A stretch of 64,000 nt of DNA, from positions 800,001 to 864,000 of the forward strand of contig CAWGVS010000006.1 in NCBI GenBank assembly GCA_963826115.1. Reading direction: 5' to 3'. The position numbers were made by a program, and so were the translations under genes. Source of the DNA: an uncultured Candidatus Rokubacteria bacterium (GTDB taxonomy: Bacteria > Methylomirabilota > Methylomirabilia > Rokubacteriales > DASRDR01). Shown here piece by piece: positions 29,886-39,277 of this stretch. The notes below the pieces were generated by a model. The model was not told the DNA's origin. It saw only the letters and a program-made list of their open reading frames with translations, and ran no database searches. Positions within the stretch are counted from its first letter, which is position 1, and each line of letters starts with the position of its first letter.

Positions 29886-31340
29886 CTACGTCGCGGCGGC
29901 CGGCGCGCGCAGCGTGGCCTCCACCGATGGGGAGAGGTACGCGCCCTGGCGGAGCAGCTCGCGCTGGATCGCGCGCGGATCGACGTCGCGGAGCCGCGTC
30001 GATCCGCCGGCCGCAAGCGCGGCCGCGATGCCGGCGGCCTGGCCGGTCATCCAGCACTGCGGGATCTCCCGGAGGAAGGTGTGGGAGGCGGCATCGCACG
30101 AGATGTGCCGTCCCGGGCCGAGGATCCCGTCGAGATCGGCGGGCACGAGCGATCCGTACGGCACCGAGATGTTCGGCACCCGCGGCGAGAGGCTGGGCGA
30201 GACGCCGATCTCGTCGTCCCACACGCGACCGGTGTCCCACTGCGCCTGCGTGACGCGTCGGAGCCCGCGGAGACGCCGGCTGTGGCGAACGCCGATCTGC
30301 GGCGCGCCCAGCATGAGGGAGGCGTGCTCGAAGCCCGGCGCGTGCGCCCGGTAGACCTCGAGGTGGCCGACCATCAGCTGCCGGGACTGGATCTCGACCG
30401 CCGTCAGGTCGTCCACGTCGACGGCGCTGTAGCCGGAGAGCCGCGGCCCCATGAAGAGCGCCACCTCGTTGCGCCAGCCGACGAAGGGCTTCTCGAAGAA
30501 CCGGAGCCGCTCGCGGCCACGCGCCATGAAGTCCGAGAAGCCCTGCGGGTCCCCGGTGCGGAAGGCGATCCACCGGTCCATGTCCACGCCGCCGAAGAGC
30601 CACGCGGTGTTGGTGCAGTGGTGGATGTCGCGCTCGTCGATGTCGGAGTCGAGGGCGGCGCCCGCGCGGGCGAAGAGATCGGCGTCGCCGCTCGCGTCCA
30701 CCACCACGCGGGCGCGGATCGCCTGCCGACCCTCCTTGCTCTCGAAGATCGCGCCCTGGATCCGCCCGCCCTCGGCGATCGGCGCGACCGCCCACGCGTG
30801 GAAGAAGAGCTGCACCTTGTGCGCGAGCACCATGTCCAGGCACGCGGTCTTGAGCCACTCGGGGTCGATGGTGGGCGACCAGGTGACGACGCCGTGGAAG
30901 GCGGCCGTGCGCTGCATCCAGTACGCGGCGGTGGCCTCGTCGCGCGCGCCCCAGATCTCCTTGGCGGGGCCGAAGATGGCACCCCGCGGCAGCCGGTCCA
31001 TCAGCTCCTCGGCGACGCCGCGGATGACGTGGCGGCCGGTCCAGTCCGACATGCGGTCGATCCAGATCACGAGACCGCCGGTCGAGAGGCCGCCCAGGTG
31101 GTTGTAGCGCTCGACCAGCGTCACGTCCGCGCCGAGGCGCGCCGCGCCGACGGCGGCCGCTACCCCCGCCGGGCCTCCGCCGACGACCAGCACGTCCGTC
31201 TCGGCGAACACCGGGGTCTCCCGCGCGGGCTCGCGGACCGTCCCGGTGGGCCGGCGGCGCCGGGCCGGCCGCGCGGCCTCGCCGAAGATCTCGAGGCCCT
31301 GGAGCCGGAAAAGCTTCTCGCGGTCGTCCTGCGTCGTCAC
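29886..31340 (-). CDS. FAD-dependent oxidoreductase (FAD_oxidored family)
   Basis: VVGGGPAG, LGGLSTGG, VDASGDADL, GVRHSRR, VPYGSLVP, GRHIS, GQAAG. Confidence 0.85.
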   Translation of the reverse strand: MTTQDDREKLFRLQGLEIFGEAARPARRRRPTGTVREPARETPVFAETDVLVVGGGPAGVAAAVGAARLGADVTLVERYNHLGGLSTGGLVIWIDRMSDWTGRHVIRGVAEELMDRLPRGAIFGPAKEIWGARDEATAAYWMQRTAAFHGVVTWSPTIDPEWLKTACLDMVLAHKVQLFFHAWAVAPIAEGGRIQGAIFESKEGRQAIRARVVVDASGDADLFARAGAALDSDIDERDIHHCTNTAWLFGGVDMDRWIAFRTGDPQGFSDFMARGRERLRFFEKPFVGWRNEVALFMGPRLSGYSAVDVDDLTAVEIQSRQLMVGHLEVYRAHAPGFEHASLMLGAPQIGVRHSRRLRGLRRVTQAQWDTGRVWDDEIGVSPSLSPRVPNISVPYGSLVPADLDGILGPGRHISCDAASHTFLREIPQCWMTGQAAGIAAALAAGGSTRLRDVDPRAIQRELLRQGAYLSPSVEATLRAPAAAT

Positions 31341-31405
31341 TGGTCTCGCGTCCTCTCGCCGATGGTCGGGTTCGATCTCGCCGTCCGGACTGCCGGACCG
31401 GGCTC

Positions 31406-32890
31406 TCAGGGACCCGGCGTCGGACGCCGGAGGTACCGCCCGCGCGCCGCGCCGACGATCCCACCCCGGTCGTAGACGACCTGACCGCGGAGGAACGTCG
31501 TCATCACCTGGCCCTGGAGCGTGAGGCCCTCGAAGGGTGTGTAGCCCTGGGCCGACGGCGAGTCGGCCGCCCGCACCGTGACCGACCGGTCAGGGTCCAG
31601 GAGGACGAGGTCCGCGTCGTAGCCGGGGGCGATGTCGCCCTTGCCCCCGATGCCGAAGCGCCGCGCCGGATTCCAGGAGAGGAGCTCCGCCACGCGGCCG
31701 GGGGCGAGGCCGCGCCGGGTGCCCTCGCTGAACACGCCCGGCAGGAGGTACTCGGTGCCGCCGAAGCCGGCCTTGGCGAGCCACACGTCGTCCGGGCGAC
31801 TCCGGTCGAGCTTCGTCTCGGTGGCGCAGCACGCGTGATCGCTCACCACCCAGTCCACCTTCCCGTCGAGCACGCCCTGCCAGAGGAACTCGACGTCCGC
31901 GCGCGAGCGGATCGGCGGGTTCACCTTGGCGTGCGGCCCCGCCGGCGTGTCGTAGTCGAGGAGGAGGTGCCCGGCGGTGACCTCGCAGCGGAGGTCCAGG
32001 TGGGGCAGGGTGGCCCGCATGAGGAGCGCCGCCTCGAGGGCCTTCCGGGACGACAGGTGGAGCAGGTTGACGTTGCGGCACGCCGCCTCGTGAGCGAGGT
32101 AGGACGCGATCCACACCCCGAGCCCCTCGGAGTGCGGTGGCCGCGCGGCGCTGTACGCGCGGAGCCCCGTGAGGGACGGGTCCTGCTGGACGATGCGGGT
32201 GTAGGCGTTCAGGATGTCCGCGATCTCGCAGTGGAGGCTCACGCTCACGTGGTCGCCGAGCCGGGGGTGCCGGTCGCGCACGGCGGCCGCCCCGCGGAGG
32301 ACGAACTCGAAGTGCGCGAGGTCGTAGCGCTCGTCCTCGCCGAGCATGAGGAAGCTCCGCTGGGCGCCGCGGTCCGTCTTCCCGTGGAGCCCGTAGTCCC
32401 CGTAGAACATGAAGATCTTGAACGACGGCACGCCGTGCTCGACCGCGAGCGACTCCATCTCGCCGATGTGAGAGGCCTGGATGGGCGCGAGGTGGTAGCC
32501 GTAGTCGACCCAGTAGCGCCCCTCGGAGAGGCGGAGCACCTCGGGGAAGAACTCCGCGTACGGGCCGCCGCGGTTCAGGTAGTACTGGCCCGTCCGGAAG
32601 TAGGTGAGCATCGCCGTCACGCCGCCCATCGCGGCGGCCTTGCTCTCGCTCTCCGCGTCGGCGGAGAGCGGGCCGTAGATGCCCACATGGGTGTGAGCGT
32701 CGACGACGCCGGGGAAGCCCAAGAGGCCGCGCCCGTCGCGGACCTCGCGCGCGTCCCGGGCGGGGATGTCCGCCGCGAGGCGCGCGAACCGCCCGTCCTT
32801 CACGCCGACGTCGAGGCGCTCCGGCGCGGGCTGGTGGGGCCGGACCACCCGCACGTTCTTGACGACGAGGTCGAGCGCCGGCGCGCTCAT
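31406..32890 (-). CDS. Cyclic amidohydrolase (dihydroorotase/allantoinase/hydantoinase family)
   Basis: PGVVDAHTH, SFKIFM, HCE, HLSS, KVNPPIR, SDHAC, KGDIAPGYDADL. Confidence 0.88.
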   Translation of the reverse strand: MSAPALDLVVKNVRVVRPHQPAPERLDVGVKDGRFARLAADIPARDAREVRDGRGLLGFPGVVDAHTHVGIYGPLSADAESESKAAAMGGVTAMLTYFRTGQYYLNRGGPYAEFFPEVLRLSEGRYWVDYGYHLAPIQASHIGEMESLAVEHGVPSFKIFMFYGDYGLHGKTDRGAQRSFLMLGEDERYDLAHFEFVLRGAAAVRDRHPRLGDHVSVSLHCEIADILNAYTRIVQQDPSLTGLRAYSAARPPHSEGLGVWIASYLAHEAACRNVNLLHLSSRKALEAALLMRATLPHLDLRCEVTAGHLLLDYDTPAGPHAKVNPPIRSRADVEFLWQGVLDGKVDWVVSDHACCATETKLDRSRPDDVWLAKAGFGGTEYLLPGVFSEGTRRGLAPGRVAELLSWNPARRFGIGGKGDIAPGYDADLVLLDPDRSVTVRAADSPSAQGYTPFEGLTLQGQVMTTFLRGQVVYDRGGIVGAARGRYLRRPTPGP

Positions 32891-33107
32891 CGACCGAGTC
32901 TCACCGCCCGCGGCCTTGTCGTCCCGCGCGTCATGTGTCCTATTGCTATAGGAAGCATGGCAGCCGTGCAAGAGGCCTGGCGAGCAGACGCGCTCGACCT
33001 CCTCCGGTCGACGCCGGAGCCGCGCGCCCGCGTCGAGAGGATCGCCGAGTCGCGGCGCGAAGCGCAGGACGCGTTCCGCTGAGCGGCCGCCCCGGGGCCC
33101 GCTGGAG

Positions 33108-33113
33108 TATAAT
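33108..33113 (+). promoter_or_regulatory. Candidate sigma70 -10 box for the RRE operon
   Basis: Perfect TATAAT in a very GC-rich background, 33 nt before ATG 33147. No clear -35 element. Confidence 0.45.
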
Positions 33114-33146
33114 TCCCGCACATTCACGATCTGGGAGATCCGCCCG

Positions 33147-33602
33147 ATGCTTCCGGCTGACGTCTTTCGCGCCAACACCCCTCACGTGGTTCACGAGATC
33201 ATCGACGGCGAGGCGATCCTCGTGAACATGCAGACCGGCCGGTACTACAGCGCGAGCGAGATCGGCGCCGTCGTCTGGGGCCTGGTCGAGGCGGGCGCGC
33301 CGGTGAGCGCGATCGTGGACCGCGTGGCGGCCCGGTACCGGGGCACGCGCGGGGAGATCGCGGCGGGGCTCGAGAGCTTCCTCGCGGAGCTCGAGCGTGA
33401 GGGTCTGATCGTGCCGCACGAGGGCCCCGTCGCCGTCCGTGATGGCGCCGGCGACGGGCGCGAGATCTCGCCGGCCGGGGCGCCGTTCGTTCCGCCCGCG
33501 CTCCGCGCGTACACGGACATGGAAGATCTGCTGCTCCTCGATCCCATCCACGACGTGGACGAGACCGGCTGGCCCAACCGCGCCAAGGACCGCACCGACT
33601 GA
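33147..33602 (+). CDS. PqqD-family RiPP recognition element with fused C-terminal leader/core-like peptide
   Basis: PqqD-like fold in VVHEIIDGEAILVNMQTGRYYS..IGAVVWGLV...FLAELEREGLI, then a linker and FVPPALRAYTDMEDLLLLDPIHDVDETGWP. Confidence 0.85.
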   Translation: MLPADVFRANTPHVVHEIIDGEAILVNMQTGRYYSASEIGAVVWGLVEAGAPVSAIVDRVAARYRGTRGEIAAGLESFLAELEREGLIVPHEGPVAVRDGAGDGREISPAGAPFVPPALRAYTDMEDLLLLDPIHDVDETGWPNRAKDRTD

Positions 33603-33628
33603 CGGCGCCGCGCGCCGCCGTCCCCGCC

Positions 33629-34693
33629 GTGACGTCCGAAGACGGGATGCGCCCGGCGCCGCTGGCCTTCTTCGACGCGACGCGCCGCGCGTTCCTCGAC
33701 GCCGAGCGGGCCGCGGGCGGCGCGACCCACCGCTTCGTCGATGTCGCGGGCCAGACCGTCCGGCTGAGCTTCGCGGGCCCCGCGCTGATCTCGCGCCTCC
33801 TGCCGGCCCTGTCGCACGCCGAGGCGCCGCAGATCGCCACCCCGGCCCTCACGGTGTGCGCGTGGGACGGCGCCTCCACCGGGGTCGCGCTGCCCCGTCT
33901 CTCCTGGGAGGGCGCGTCCCTGTCCCGGCGTGGCGAGGTGCAGGGGTTCAACGATCGCCGGATCCGGATCGCCTTCGACCGGGCCTCGGACCTCCTGAGC
34001 TGCTTCGATGCCGACCGTCGCCTCGCGCTGTTCTGCACGCCGTCGGCCGACTCCGTCCCGATGCACGAGACGGCCACGCCGCTCACGGCGATACTCTCCT
34101 GGTGGCTGCGCTCGCGCGGCCTCGAGTTCGTCCACGCCGGCGCGGTCTCGTGGGCGGGGCGCGCTGCCCTGCTCACCGGCGACAGCGGAGCGGGCAAGAC
34201 GACCAGCGCCCTCGCGTGTCTCGCGTCGTCGCTGGGCTATCTGGGCGACGACACCTGCGCGGTCGAGGCCGGGCGCGCGCCCCGCGTGTTCGGCCTCTAC
34301 AACACCGCCAAGCTCACCCCGGACTGCGTCGAGCGGCTGCCACACCTGCGCGAGGCCGTGAGCAACCCGGGCCGGCTCGATCGGGAGAAGGCGGTGGTGT
34401 TCCTCGGCGAGGGTCAGCGCGCGCGGCTCGAGCGGAGCTGCCCGGTCGAGGCCATCGTGCTGCCGCGGGTCACCGCCCGTGTCACGCCGGTTCTGAGGCC
34501 CGCGTCGCCCTCGGCCGCCGCCCGGGCGCTCGGCCTGGGGAGCGCCCTCCGGTTCGCGGGGGTGGACGAGGACGGTCTCCGCAACCTCGTGCGGCTCTGC
34601 CACACGGTGCCGTGCTACGAGCTCCAGCTGGGCTCGGATCTCGCGCGGGTCCCCGAGCTGATCCGGCGCCTGCTGGCGCGGGAGGCGCCGTGA
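33629..34693 (+). CDS. HPr-kinase-like P-loop serine/threonine kinase
   Basis: VHAGAV, LLTGDSGAGKTT (Walker A), YLGDD: the His / P-loop / DD layout of HPrK-like kinases. Confidence 0.8.
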   Translation: MTSEDGMRPAPLAFFDATRRAFLDAERAAGGATHRFVDVAGQTVRLSFAGPALISRLLPALSHAEAPQIATPALTVCAWDGASTGVALPRLSWEGASLSRRGEVQGFNDRRIRIAFDRASDLLSCFDADRRLALFCTPSADSVPMHETATPLTAILSWWLRSRGLEFVHAGAVSWAGRAALLTGDSGAGKTTSALACLASSLGYLGDDTCAVEAGRAPRVFGLYNTAKLTPDCVERLPHLREAVSNPGRLDREKAVVFLGEGQRARLERSCPVEAIVLPRVTARVTPVLRPASPSAAARALGLGSALRFAGVDEDGLRNLVRLCHTVPCYELQLGSDLARVPELIRRLLAREAP

Positions 34694-35895
34694 GGATCGC
34701 GATCCTCACGCCCTACTCGCCGTATCCGCCGAACTCCGGCGGCCGGATCCGCATGTGGGAGCAGATCCGGTATCTCGCGCCGCGCCACCAGGTCACGCTG
34801 GTGTCCTTCTACGAGGAAGAGGAGGAGGACGACGCCCGGCGCGCCCGGCTCGAGGAGCACTGCCGGCGGGTCTTCCTGGTGAAGCGCCCGCGCCGCCCCG
34901 CCCACGACGACCTGGCGCGGCTCAACGGGGTCGCCGACCTCTTCCGCTGGCACACGACGCCGGAGATGGCGGCGGCGCTGAAGCGCTGCCGGAGCGAGTC
35001 GTTCGACGTGACGATGATCCACCACGTCTTCATGGCGCAGTACCGGGAGGCGCTCTCCGGGCCCGTCGTGCTCCAGGAGCACAACATCGAGTCGAACATC
35101 TTCGGCCAGCTGGCGCGCCTCGACGTGAACGGGGGGGACGAGGCGGCGCGCGGGCGCCTGCGGACGTTCCGCCGCTCGCGCTGGATGCTGATGCGGCAGT
35201 ACGAGGACCGCGCCTGGCCGGGCTTCCCGCTCCGCTTCGTGGTGAGCGAGGAGGACAAGCGCGAGCTGGACCGTCGGTGCCCGACCGGGCGCACGGTGGT
35301 TTCCGAGAACGGGGTGAACACGCGCGAGATCCGGCTCCAGCCCCTGTCGGCCGCCCGCCGCGTGCTGTTCATGGGGTCGCTCGACTTCTATCCGAACATC
35401 GACGCGCTGATGCACTTCCGCGACGCGGTCCTGCCCCGCCTGTGGCGGAAGGATCCGGACGTGTCGGTCGTCGTGGCGGGGAGGAACCCCGACGAGGCGG
35501 TCCGGGCGCTCGCGATGGACCCGAGGATCACGGTCGTCGCCGATCCGGCCGACATCGCCCCGCTGGCCCGCGAGTGCGGTGTGACCGTGGTACCGCAGCG
35601 CGTGGGCGGGGGGACGCGCATGCGGATCCTCCACGCCATGGCCCTCGGGCTCCCGGTGGTCTCGACGAGCCGCGGGTGCGAGGGGCTCGCCGTCACCGAC
35701 GGCCAGGACATCCTGGTCCGCGACGACCCCGACGCCATGGTCGACGCCGTGCTGGAGCTTCTCGGGAGCCCGGCCCTGGCGGCGCGCCTTCACGCGGCGG
35801 GGCGCGCCCTCGTGGAGGCGCGCTACGACTGGCCCCGGGTGATGGCGAGCATGGAGGAGGAGCTCCTCGCCGTGGCGGGCGCGCGGGTGGGCTGA
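34690..35895 (+). CDS. Glycosyltransferase family 4
   Basis: PYPPNSGGRIR, EHNIES, FMGSLDFYPNID, GGGTRMRILHAMALGLPVVST..GCEG. GTGA overlap with the kinase. Confidence 0.9.
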   Translation: MRIAILTPYSPYPPNSGGRIRMWEQIRYLAPRHQVTLVSFYEEEEEDDARRARLEEHCRRVFLVKRPRRPAHDDLARLNGVADLFRWHTTPEMAAALKRCRSESFDVTMIHHVFMAQYREALSGPVVLQEHNIESNIFGQLARLDVNGGDEAARGRLRTFRRSRWMLMRQYEDRAWPGFPLRFVVSEEDKRELDRRCPTGRTVVSENGVNTREIRLQPLSAARRVLFMGSLDFYPNIDALMHFRDAVLPRLWRKDPDVSVVVAGRNPDEAVRALAMDPRITVVADPADIAPLARECGVTVVPQRVGGGTRMRILHAMALGLPVVSTSRGCEGLAVTDGQDILVRDDPDAMVDAVLELLGSPALAARLHAAGRALVEARYDWPRVMASMEEELLAVAGARVG

Positions 35896-36641
35896 TGGAA
35901 CCGGTCAGGCCGCGGAGCGCCGGCGGGAGCCCGCTGGTCAGCGTCGTCATTCCCGCCTACAACGGGGCCGAGTTCCTGGGGAAGGCGGTGGACAGCGTCC
36001 TCCGGCAGGCGTGGGAGCCGATCGAGATCCTTGTGATCGACGACGGCTCGACCGACGACACGGCCGCCATCGCGCGGAGCTTCGGCGACGCCGTGCGATA
36101 CGAAGCTCAGCCGCGCCGGGGATGTCCGGCGGCCGGGCGGAACCGGGGCATCCGGCTGTCGCGCGGGTCGCTCGTCGCCTTCCTGGATCAGGACGACCTC
36201 TGGCCGCCCGGCGCGCTCCGATGCCGGATCTCGGCCTTTGGCGCCAGCCCGCCGCCGGATGTCGTGATCGGTCGCACGCAGATCCTGCATCACGACCGGG
36301 AGCCGGGCGGCCGAGGCCCGGGGGCGCTCGGCCTCGTGCTGCCGAACCACATGGTGTCGGCGGCCCTGTTCACGCGGGAGGCGCTCGCCGCCGTCGGGCC
36401 GTTCGACGAGACGCTGCGCTACTTCGGCGACGACCTCGACTGGTTCATCCGGGCCCGGGACCTCGGCATCCGGACGCTGGCCCTCGACGTGGTCACGCTG
36501 CACTGGCGGCGGCACGACCGGAACGCGAGCGACCGCGGCATCCGCGACCACGCGGCGGGGCGGGACCACGCGCTGACCGAGGTCGTGAAGCGGACGCTGG
36601 ACCGGCGCCGTCGGGCCGCGTCGCCGGGCGGCGATGGCTGA
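35895..36641 (+). CDS. Glycosyltransferase family 2
   Basis: VSVVIPAYN, DDGSTD, RNRG, FLDQDDLW, FDE, DLDW. TGATG overlap. Confidence 0.9.
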   Translation: MEPVRPRSAGGSPLVSVVIPAYNGAEFLGKAVDSVLRQAWEPIEILVIDDGSTDDTAAIARSFGDAVRYEAQPRRGCPAAGRNRGIRLSRGSLVAFLDQDDLWPPGALRCRISAFGASPPPDVVIGRTQILHHDREPGGRGPGALGLVLPNHMVSAALFTREALAAVGPFDETLRYFGDDLDWFIRARDLGIRTLALDVVTLHWRRHDRNASDRGIRDHAAGRDHALTEVVKRTLDRRRRAASPGGDG

Positions 36642-37806
36642 GCCCGCGCCGGCGCCGATCGTGGCCGCGGACGGCCCTGCGGCCCGCGACGGCCGGGGCG
36701 TGCTCGTGATCGACACGCGGTATCCGACGCCGGACCGTGACGCCGCGTCGCTCCGGATGATGAACGTGCTGGCGCTCCTCCGGGAGGTCGCCGGGCCCGT
36801 GACCTTCGCGGCCGACGACGCCGGCGCGCATCGCTCCTCCCGGGCGCTGCTTCGGGCCGCCGGGATCCGCGTGGTGGATGACGTCTCCGTGGAGGCGCAC
36901 CTCCGCGCGCGCGGGCGCGACTACCGGATCGTCGTGCTGAGCCGCGTCGACACGGCCACGAAGTATTTGCCCCTCGTACGCCAGCACGCCCCGGACGCCC
37001 GGCTCGTCTTCGACACGACGGATCTCGCGTCGGTGCGGGGTCTCCGCGGCGCGAGGGTGACCGGCAATCAGAACCTGCTCCGCCAGGCCCTCGTGGCCCG
37101 ACGGGAGGAGCGGGCCGCGGCCTCGGCCGCCGACTGCACCCTGGTCGTCAGCGCGGAGGAGCAGGCGACGCTGATGGCCGACTGCCCGGGCGCCCGGGTT
37201 CACGTGCTGTCGGTTGTCCACGCGCTGCCCGAGTACCGTCCCTCGCGCGCCGGGCGTGAGGGCCTCGTGTTCGTGGGCGCCTTCCCGCACCATCCGAACG
37301 CGGACGCGATGGAGTTCTTTCTCCGCGAGGTGCATCCGAGGCTCCGCGAGAGGCTCCCTGGAGTTCAGACCCTCATCGTCGGGACGGAGCCGCCCGAGTG
37401 GCTTCGGCAGCGAGCCGGCCCGGACATCGTCGTCGCGGGACACGTGCCGGACATCGGGACGGCTCTCGGGCGGCGACGGGTGTCGATCGCGCCGCTGCGC
37501 TACGGCGCGGGCGTCAAGGGCAAGGTCATCCTCAGCATGAGTCACGGGGTCCCCGTCGTCGGGTCCACGATCTCGGCCGAGGGGATCGGGGCGCGGGACG
37601 GGGAGGAGATGCTGATCGCCGATGCGCCGGACGAGCTCGTGGCCAAGATCGCCCTGGCGTACGAGGACGAGGCGGTGTGGCACCGCCTCTCCGCCAACGG
37701 CCGACGCCTGGTCGACCGGGAGTTCTCGCTCGACGCCGGGCGCCGGAGCGTCCGCGAGCTCCTCGCGCTCCTGGGCGTGGCGACCAACTCGGTTCCCGTG
37801 GAATGA
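36634..37806 (+). CDS. Glycosyltransferase family 4
   Basis: PTPDRDAAS.R, FDTTD, FVGAFPHHPNADA, APLRYGAGVKGK, PVV..ISAEG. Confidence 0.88.
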   Translation: MAEPAPAPIVAADGPAARDGRGVLVIDTRYPTPDRDAASLRMMNVLALLREVAGPVTFAADDAGAHRSSRALLRAAGIRVVDDVSVEAHLRARGRDYRIVVLSRVDTATKYLPLVRQHAPDARLVFDTTDLASVRGLRGARVTGNQNLLRQALVARREERAAASAADCTLVVSAEEQATLMADCPGARVHVLSVVHALPEYRPSRAGREGLVFVGAFPHHPNADAMEFFLREVHPRLRERLPGVQTLIVGTEPPEWLRQRAGPDIVVAGHVPDIGTALGRRRVSIAPLRYGAGVKGKVILSMSHGVPVVGSTISAEGIGARDGEEMLIADAPDELVAKIALAYEDEAVWHRLSANGRRLVDREFSLDAGRRSVRELLALLGVATNSVPVE

Positions 37807-38510
37807 CGGGGGCCGGGGTGGGGACTGCCGGGCTGGTCAGCGTCGTCGTGCCGGTCTTCGACGGGGCCCGGTTCCTGGCGGAGGCGGTGGAGAGCGTCCG
37901 CGCGCAAACGTACGCGCCGGTCGAGATCCTCGTGGTCGACGACGGCTCGACGGACGGGACGGCCGAAGTGGCCGGGCGCCTTCCGGGGATTCGCTATGCC
38001 TGGCAGGAGCACGCGGGGATCGGGGCGGCACGGAACCGGGGCGTCGCGATGGCGCGTGGCGAGGTGCTCGCCTTCCTGGACGCGGACGACGTGTGGCTGC
38101 CGGACAAGCTCACGCGTCAGATGGCGATCCTGCGCGAGGCCCCGGACGTGGACATCGTGTTCGGTCATGTCGAGGAGTTCGTCGACCGCGCGCCGGGCGT
38201 CGAGGAGGAGGGAAGGCACGGGCCTGCCGCGAGGCCCGTCCGCGGAATCATTCCGTCGGCGATGGCGGTGCGGCGCGAGTCCTTCGACCGGGTCGGGCCC
38301 TTCGAGACCCACTGGCGGGTCGGCGAGTTCGCCAGCTGGCTGCTCCGCGCCGGCGAGGCGGGACTGGCGATCCGGGTCCCGCCGGACGTCGTCGCGCGGC
38401 GGCGCGTCCACGGGGAGAACCACGGCATCCGGCAGCGCGAGGCGCTGCAGGACTACGCGCGGATCCTCAAGCAGTCCCTCGACCGGCGACGGGCGGGCGG
38501 AGCCGGCTAG
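37803..38510 (+). CDS. Glycosyltransferase family 2
   Basis: VSVVVPVFD, DDGSTD, ARNRG, FLDADDVWLPDKL. ATGA overlap. Confidence 0.9.
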   Translation: MTGAGVGTAGLVSVVVPVFDGARFLAEAVESVRAQTYAPVEILVVDDGSTDGTAEVAGRLPGIRYAWQEHAGIGAARNRGVAMARGEVLAFLDADDVWLPDKLTRQMAILREAPDVDIVFGHVEEFVDRAPGVEEEGRHGPAARPVRGIIPSAMAVRRESFDRVGPFETHWRVGEFASWLLRAGEAGLAIRVPPDVVARRRVHGENHGIRQREALQDYARILKQSLDRRRAGGAG

Positions 38511-38512
38511 AC

Positions 38513-39256
38513 ATGCCGACGGTGGCCGTGATCGTGCCGACCTACCGGCGGGAGCGCTTCCTGAACCTGGCGGTCGCGTCGCTCCTGGCCCAGACCTTCG
38601 CCGACTGGGAAGCGCTGATCGTCGACGGGACCCCCGAGGGGTCGACCCTCGAGTCCTCGGACCCGCGGCTCCGGTACTTCCGGGAGAGCGAGCACGGCGT
38701 GTCCGGCCTGGCCCAGGCCCGGAACTTCGGCATCGCGCAGAGCGACGCCAAGTACGTCGCCTACCTCGACGACGACGAGTGTTACTACCCGACGAAGCTC
38801 GAGGTCATGGTCGATGTCCTCGAGCGGGAGGCGGCCGGGGTCGAGTTCGCCTACCACGACGTCACCGTCGCGGCCGTGGAGTGGGTCGACGGGAGGCTCG
38901 GCCGCATCGGCGAGCCGCGCCGGCACCGGCATCCGGAGGGCGACCCGAACGAGGCGATCCGGACGACGTCCTTCATCGCCGGCCTCCAGGTCGTCCACAC
39001 CCGGAGCGTGTTCGACAAGGCGGGGGGATTCCGCGAGGAGCGGCTGCGCGGCATCTTCCAGGGGCGGTACCGGAGCCGGCTCGTTCGCTACGACGAGGAC
39101 GCGGACCTGTTCCGGCGCATCGCCCGACACACGCGGCTCCGCCGCGTGCCTATCGAGCTGGGAGAGTACCGGGTTCACGGCTCGAACGCGAACGGCTGGG
39201 GGATCGACTACGAAGAGGTCCTCCGCGCGCGGCAGCTCACTAGGGACGAGTACTGA
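38513..39256 (+). CDS. Glycosyltransferase family 2
   Basis: VAVIVPTYRR, ARNFGI, YLDDD, EDADL, YRVH. Confidence 0.85.
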   Translation: MPTVAVIVPTYRRERFLNLAVASLLAQTFADWEALIVDGTPEGSTLESSDPRLRYFRESEHGVSGLAQARNFGIAQSDAKYVAYLDDDECYYPTKLEVMVDVLEREAAGVEFAYHDVTVAAVEWVDGRLGRIGEPRRHRHPEGDPNEAIRTTSFIAGLQVVHTRSVFDKAGGFREERLRGIFQGRYRSRLVRYDEDADLFRRIARHTRLRRVPIELGEYRVHGSNANGWGIDYEEVLRARQLTRDEY

Positions 39257-39277
39257 GGCGCGGCCCGCCGCGGCGGG

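Noticed and set aside
33147-33602. PqqD as part of PQQ biosynthesis, given the PQQ-dependent dehydrogenase at 56730
   Set aside because: No pqqA/B/C/E genes are in the window, the tail lacks the PqqA ExxxY motif, and the dehydrogenase is 23 kb away.
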